A stretch of 48,237 bases of DNA from Patescibacteria group bacterium (lineage in GTDB: Bacteria; Patescibacteriota; Microgenomatia; UBA10105; UBA927), in assembly GCA_038062895.1 (NCBI GenBank), contig JBBTWJ010000011.1:1-48237 (forward strand), read 5' to 3'. A model generated the notes under the pieces. The model had not been told where the DNA came from and ran no database searches. It saw only the letters and a list, made by a program, of their open reading frames with translations. Below, one piece after another: positions 45,012 to 48,237 of the stretch. The first letter of the stretch is position 1, and the number at the start of each line of letters is the position of its first letter. Position numbers and translations under genes: made by a program.

Positions 45012-45087
45012 ATTGGTCTGATTGGTCTGATTGGTCTGATTGGTCTGATTGGTCTGATTGGTCTGATTGGTCAGGATTGGTCGGATT
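45012..45087. repeat. (ATTGGTCTG)x6 plus two variant units, abutting the GT2 start codon
   Basis: Six perfect 9-mers at 45012..45065, then ATTGGTCAGG ATTGGTCGG ATT ATG. Confidence 0.95.
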
Positions 45088-46158
45088 ATGAAGTATTTTT
45101 TCTCTCTCATCATTCCATACCACAACTCGTCTGAGACGATCGGGCGGCTTCTGGGGTCAATACAGCGGTCGAAGAAGGCACCATCATATGAGGTTATCAT
45201 CGTCGATGATGGAAGCAAAGATAACTTCAAACTCCAGACTTTAAACTTTAAAATTGAAAAACAAAAATCGCACGTGCGCGTCGTGACGCTTCATAAAAAT
45301 ATGGGGCCGGCGGTCGCACGAAACAGAGGGGTGGCCGTCGCGCGCGGGAAGTTCGTCGTGTTTTTGGATAGCGATGTTGAACTGTTTCCCGATGCCCTCC
45401 ATAATTTATCGAAGATATACCAGGATGACCCGGATGTCGTCGCGGTGACGGGTGTGTGGGTCAAAGAACAGCGGTCAAAAGATTTTTTCCCGAACTACAA
45501 AGCCCTTCGCGATTGGTCCTATTGGATCAATGAGCGGGACAAGAGCGGGTACTACTTTCTTTTCAGCACGCGTATTGCCTCGATCAAAAAGACGGTGTTT
45601 ACGAGATTAGGCGGCTTTGACGAGACGTATCCGGCGCCACTGGTTGAGGATATTGAGCTCACCTACCGGATAGCCCGCCGGTACGCCATAATTTTTGCCC
45701 CCAACGTCCGGGTTCGGCATGAATTTGAGCCCTTCTGGCCCGTCGCGAAAAAATATTTTCTCCGTGCGTATTACTGGACGAAGCTTTATCAAAAGCGCAA
45801 AAAGTTCGATCCCGTGGCGACGACGTTGCAGGAAGCCCTCACCACCGTCACTGGTGTTGGAATAGTTTTTTTTGGCCTCATAAGTTTTCTGCTCCTCCCG
45901 ACGCTTCCCGCAATGTCAACGGTCAACTGTCAACTGTCAACTGTTTTGAATATTTTTTCTTGTTATTATCCATTGGTGATTGTGTATTGGTCATTGGTCA
46001 TTCTGTTTCTCCATCTTTTCCTCACCCGCAAATTTCTCGCCTTCATGGTGAAAGAAAAGGGGATAGTATTCGCTATTAAAGGCTTCTTTATGGGGCTTAT
46101 CCTTTACTGCTTCATCTTTTCGGGAGCTGCCGCCGGACGATTAAAGCACACAGACTGA
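45088..46158 (+). CDS. GT2 glycosyltransferase with C-terminal TM segments
   Basis: IIPYHN, VDDGSKD, GPAVARN.G, FLDSD, GGFDE, EDIEL; heptamer arrays at about 45912..46002. Confidence 0.85.
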   Translation: MKYFFSLIIPYHNSSETIGRLLGSIQRSKKAPSYEVIIVDDGSKDNFKLQTLNFKIEKQKSHVRVVTLHKNMGPAVARNRGVAVARGKFVVFLDSDVELFPDALHNLSKIYQDDPDVVAVTGVWVKEQRSKDFFPNYKALRDWSYWINERDKSGYYFLFSTRIASIKKTVFTRLGGFDETYPAPLVEDIELTYRIARRYAIIFAPNVRVRHEFEPFWPVAKKYFLRAYYWTKLYQKRKKFDPVATTLQEALTTVTGVGIVFFGLISFLLLPTLPAMSTVNCQLSTVLNIFSCYYPLVIVYWSLVILFLHLFLTRKFLAFMVKEKGIVFAIKGFFMGLILYCFIFSGAAAGRLKHTD

Positions 46159-46162
46159 AGAA

Positions 46163-48124
46163 TTATTGCAATGGGGATAGGGGCTCCGTGACGCCTTTTT
46201 TCGGCGTAGGCGTCGGCAACGCTTCAGGTTGAACGTTTTGTGCGGATTCCGGGTTGTCCAACACCGATTTTTCTTTCTCCGTTAATAGGGTACGCAGGTC
46301 GTCGAGCTCTTTTTGTCCTTGTGTCGCGCCTTCACTTCCCGGCGTCACATATTTTAGCGCTTCTTGGAGAGCTTGCGCCGCGGCCAGATACTTTTTTTGC
46401 TGGCGGTAGACGAAGCCTAAGTTGTAATACGCGTTGGCATAGTCAGGTTTGAGCTGTATGGCTGCAATATAGCTTCCTGCTGCCCGGTCCAACATCTGCT
46501 GTCCTATGTACGCGCCTCCCAATCGAAGTCGGATCACCGGATTGGTAGGATCCAGCTGCATCGCTTGTTGATAGGCTGCCACCGTCCATGTATCCGCTCC
46601 TTGGGCTACCCCCGTCAACGCTTGATATATGGCTGCGATGTTTTCCCAGGCGAGGATGTCGCGCGGTGCGAGATTGACGGCAAGTTTGGCTTCCCGGATC
46701 GCCTGTTGGACGAGTTGGGTGGCGGTTTCCCGGTCCTTTTTCACCTGATCCGGGGTGGCCGAGGAGCTTGCCGTACCGGCCAATGCATTTGCCATTCCTA
46801 AGTTCGTCTGACTGTAACCTATATGGTAGCGTGCGATATTGGGGGAGAGGGTAATCGCTTTAATTTGGGCATTATATGCCCCCGTGCCGTCGCGGTTTTC
46901 CAGTGCTTTAAGCGAACTGCCAAAAGCAAGTTCCGCCCCATATACACGCCAAAGTCCATAGGAGCTTCCCAGCATGATGACCAAGATTGCTATACCCACG
47001 CCGTAGGAAAGCGCAGGTTTTTTGGAGATGGCCATGTGCGACACGCTTTGCGGTCCATGCACCATGAGGAAGATGGTGATGACGACCAGTGCGGGGAAGC
47101 TAGGAGGTAAGAGAAGAAATGACGCAAGGGCTACCCACTTGCTGATACGGACAAGGAGGGTGGTTTTGTCTTTGATGAGGGATACGAAGAAATACCCCAG
47201 TCCCGCGACACCGATGAGGCCATAGACCGTCGCGATGTGAAAAAGAAGGGACGAGCTTAACGTGTACCGCGTGTTCCAGATCGGCGTTATATTGAGTATT
47301 GCAGGTCTCCCAAGCGTGAAGGCGGTGACGAAGTTTTGCGCACCAACCCCTACGAATAATTGTTTGAGATTTTTGTAACTCTCCAAGAGTACCTGCCAGG
47401 CAGCCCAGTAAGGAAGCATGCCGGAGATGAGAAGCGGAAATGCTTGAATGGCCGTGAGGATGAGTCCTCCCAGTATGGCAATGGCCATGAGGACCGCGGC
47501 GATCATATGAGTATCCACCCCTGATTTTTTGTGGTGCATCGCCTCTCCAATCAAAAGCGGCAAGGTGACGGCCAAGATGATCATAAGGCCGACGCTCGTT
47601 CCTACGGGAGTCCATAAGGGATCAGCCAGGTATGATAGACCAGGAAGGCCACTAAGACCAGCTACTTTCGAGAGGCCGAAAAATTGGTAGATGGCGATGA
47701 GCCCCGTCAAACTGACGGCGCTATAGAGGACCCACGAGAGGGTTCCGCGTGATTTTTCATCGAAAAATGTGGTACCCAGAAGTGTCATGAGAAAGAGCGC
47801 GATAAACGTTATCGGGCCAAATGGTGCCATCATCGCCTCAACTCCGTTGGGTGAGGCGACCAATAGGTTCACCAGTGCCGCGGCGGCCAAAAGCCCCAAC
47901 GATTTGGATAGTGCATTCCAAGCGACGTGCATGGAACCAGTGAGGAGGCTTCGTGCGGTCCAAAGACCCGTGATCATAAGCACAGATAGGACCAGGAGCA
48001 GCCATTTATTGATATCGTAAAAATCTTGAGTAACGGGCAGAAAAAAGAGAGGGAGGAGTCCGGCGGCTGTAATGAGCGTCCAATTTCCCAGATGATCAAC
48101 AACTGTTTTTTTGGCAGGATACAT
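46163..48124 (-). CDS. Multi-pass membrane protein (O-antigen ligase-like) with C-terminal TPR repeats
   Basis: Many TMs, FVGVGAQNF loop motif, then LDPTNP and LKPDYANAYYNLG TPR motifs. Confidence 0.75.
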   Translation of the reverse strand: MYPAKKTVVDHLGNWTLITAAGLLPLFFLPVTQDFYDINKWLLLVLSVLMITGLWTARSLLTGSMHVAWNALSKSLGLLAAAALVNLLVASPNGVEAMMAPFGPITFIALFLMTLLGTTFFDEKSRGTLSWVLYSAVSLTGLIAIYQFFGLSKVAGLSGLPGLSYLADPLWTPVGTSVGLMIILAVTLPLLIGEAMHHKKSGVDTHMIAAVLMAIAILGGLILTAIQAFPLLISGMLPYWAAWQVLLESYKNLKQLFVGVGAQNFVTAFTLGRPAILNITPIWNTRYTLSSSLLFHIATVYGLIGVAGLGYFFVSLIKDKTTLLVRISKWVALASFLLLPPSFPALVVITIFLMVHGPQSVSHMAISKKPALSYGVGIAILVIMLGSSYGLWRVYGAELAFGSSLKALENRDGTGAYNAQIKAITLSPNIARYHIGYSQTNLGMANALAGTASSSATPDQVKKDRETATQLVQQAIREAKLAVNLAPRDILAWENIAAIYQALTGVAQGADTWTVAAYQQAMQLDPTNPVIRLRLGGAYIGQQMLDRAAGSYIAAIQLKPDYANAYYNLGFVYRQQKKYLAAAQALQEALKYVTPGSEGATQGQKELDDLRTLLTEKEKSVLDNPESAQNVQPEALPTPTPKKGVTEPLSPLQ

Positions 48125-48237
48125 AGGATATGGACACTATACCGAAAATGATATTTCTTTTGCAAGAGGGAACTTCTATCGTTTCGTAAACGGTACGATA
48201 CATTTTGTGCATTGTGTTAAACAACCAATACTCAAGG

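Noticed and set aside
44844-45230. ORF with TNQ repeats on the - strand
   Set aside because: It is a by-product of the 9-bp DNA repeat and overlaps two better-supported + strand genes.
1-48237. Alternative genetic code, rRNA or tRNA genes
   Set aside because: TGA terminates conserved genes at expected positions, and no RNA gene signature was recognised.

Overview
A 48-kb cell-surface glycosylation region, most likely from a CPR/Patescibacteria (Microgenomates-like) genome; this taxon is inferred from gene content and style. It uses standard code 11. It holds about 13 large multi-pass GT-C/YfhO-type membrane proteins, five GT2 glycosyltransferases and an NDP-sugar pathway (RfaE-like cytidylyltransferase and kinase, three SDR epimerases, a TPP-dependent E1 alpha/beta pair, a DegT aminotransferase, a WecD-like GNAT, a FabG-like SDR and a methyltransferase). 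Three toxin-antitoxin pairs and several small orphans are interspersed. The most striking layer is invisible in the ORF track. Two paralogous HUH/Y1 (RAYT-like) transposase genes are each flanked by their own variant of a 29-bp perfect palindrome, and each also carries that palindrome in-frame inside its own CDS, just after the catalytic YIHRNP motif. The same palindromes, several other hairpin families (some nested in each other) and inverted 7-9-mer arrays sit in-frame in loops of many of the glycosylation proteins, supply stop codons to several genes, and reuse the same sites in paralogs. One GT-C gene is bracketed by a perfect 45-bp inverted repeat. Product calls rest on motif recognition only; no database search was run.
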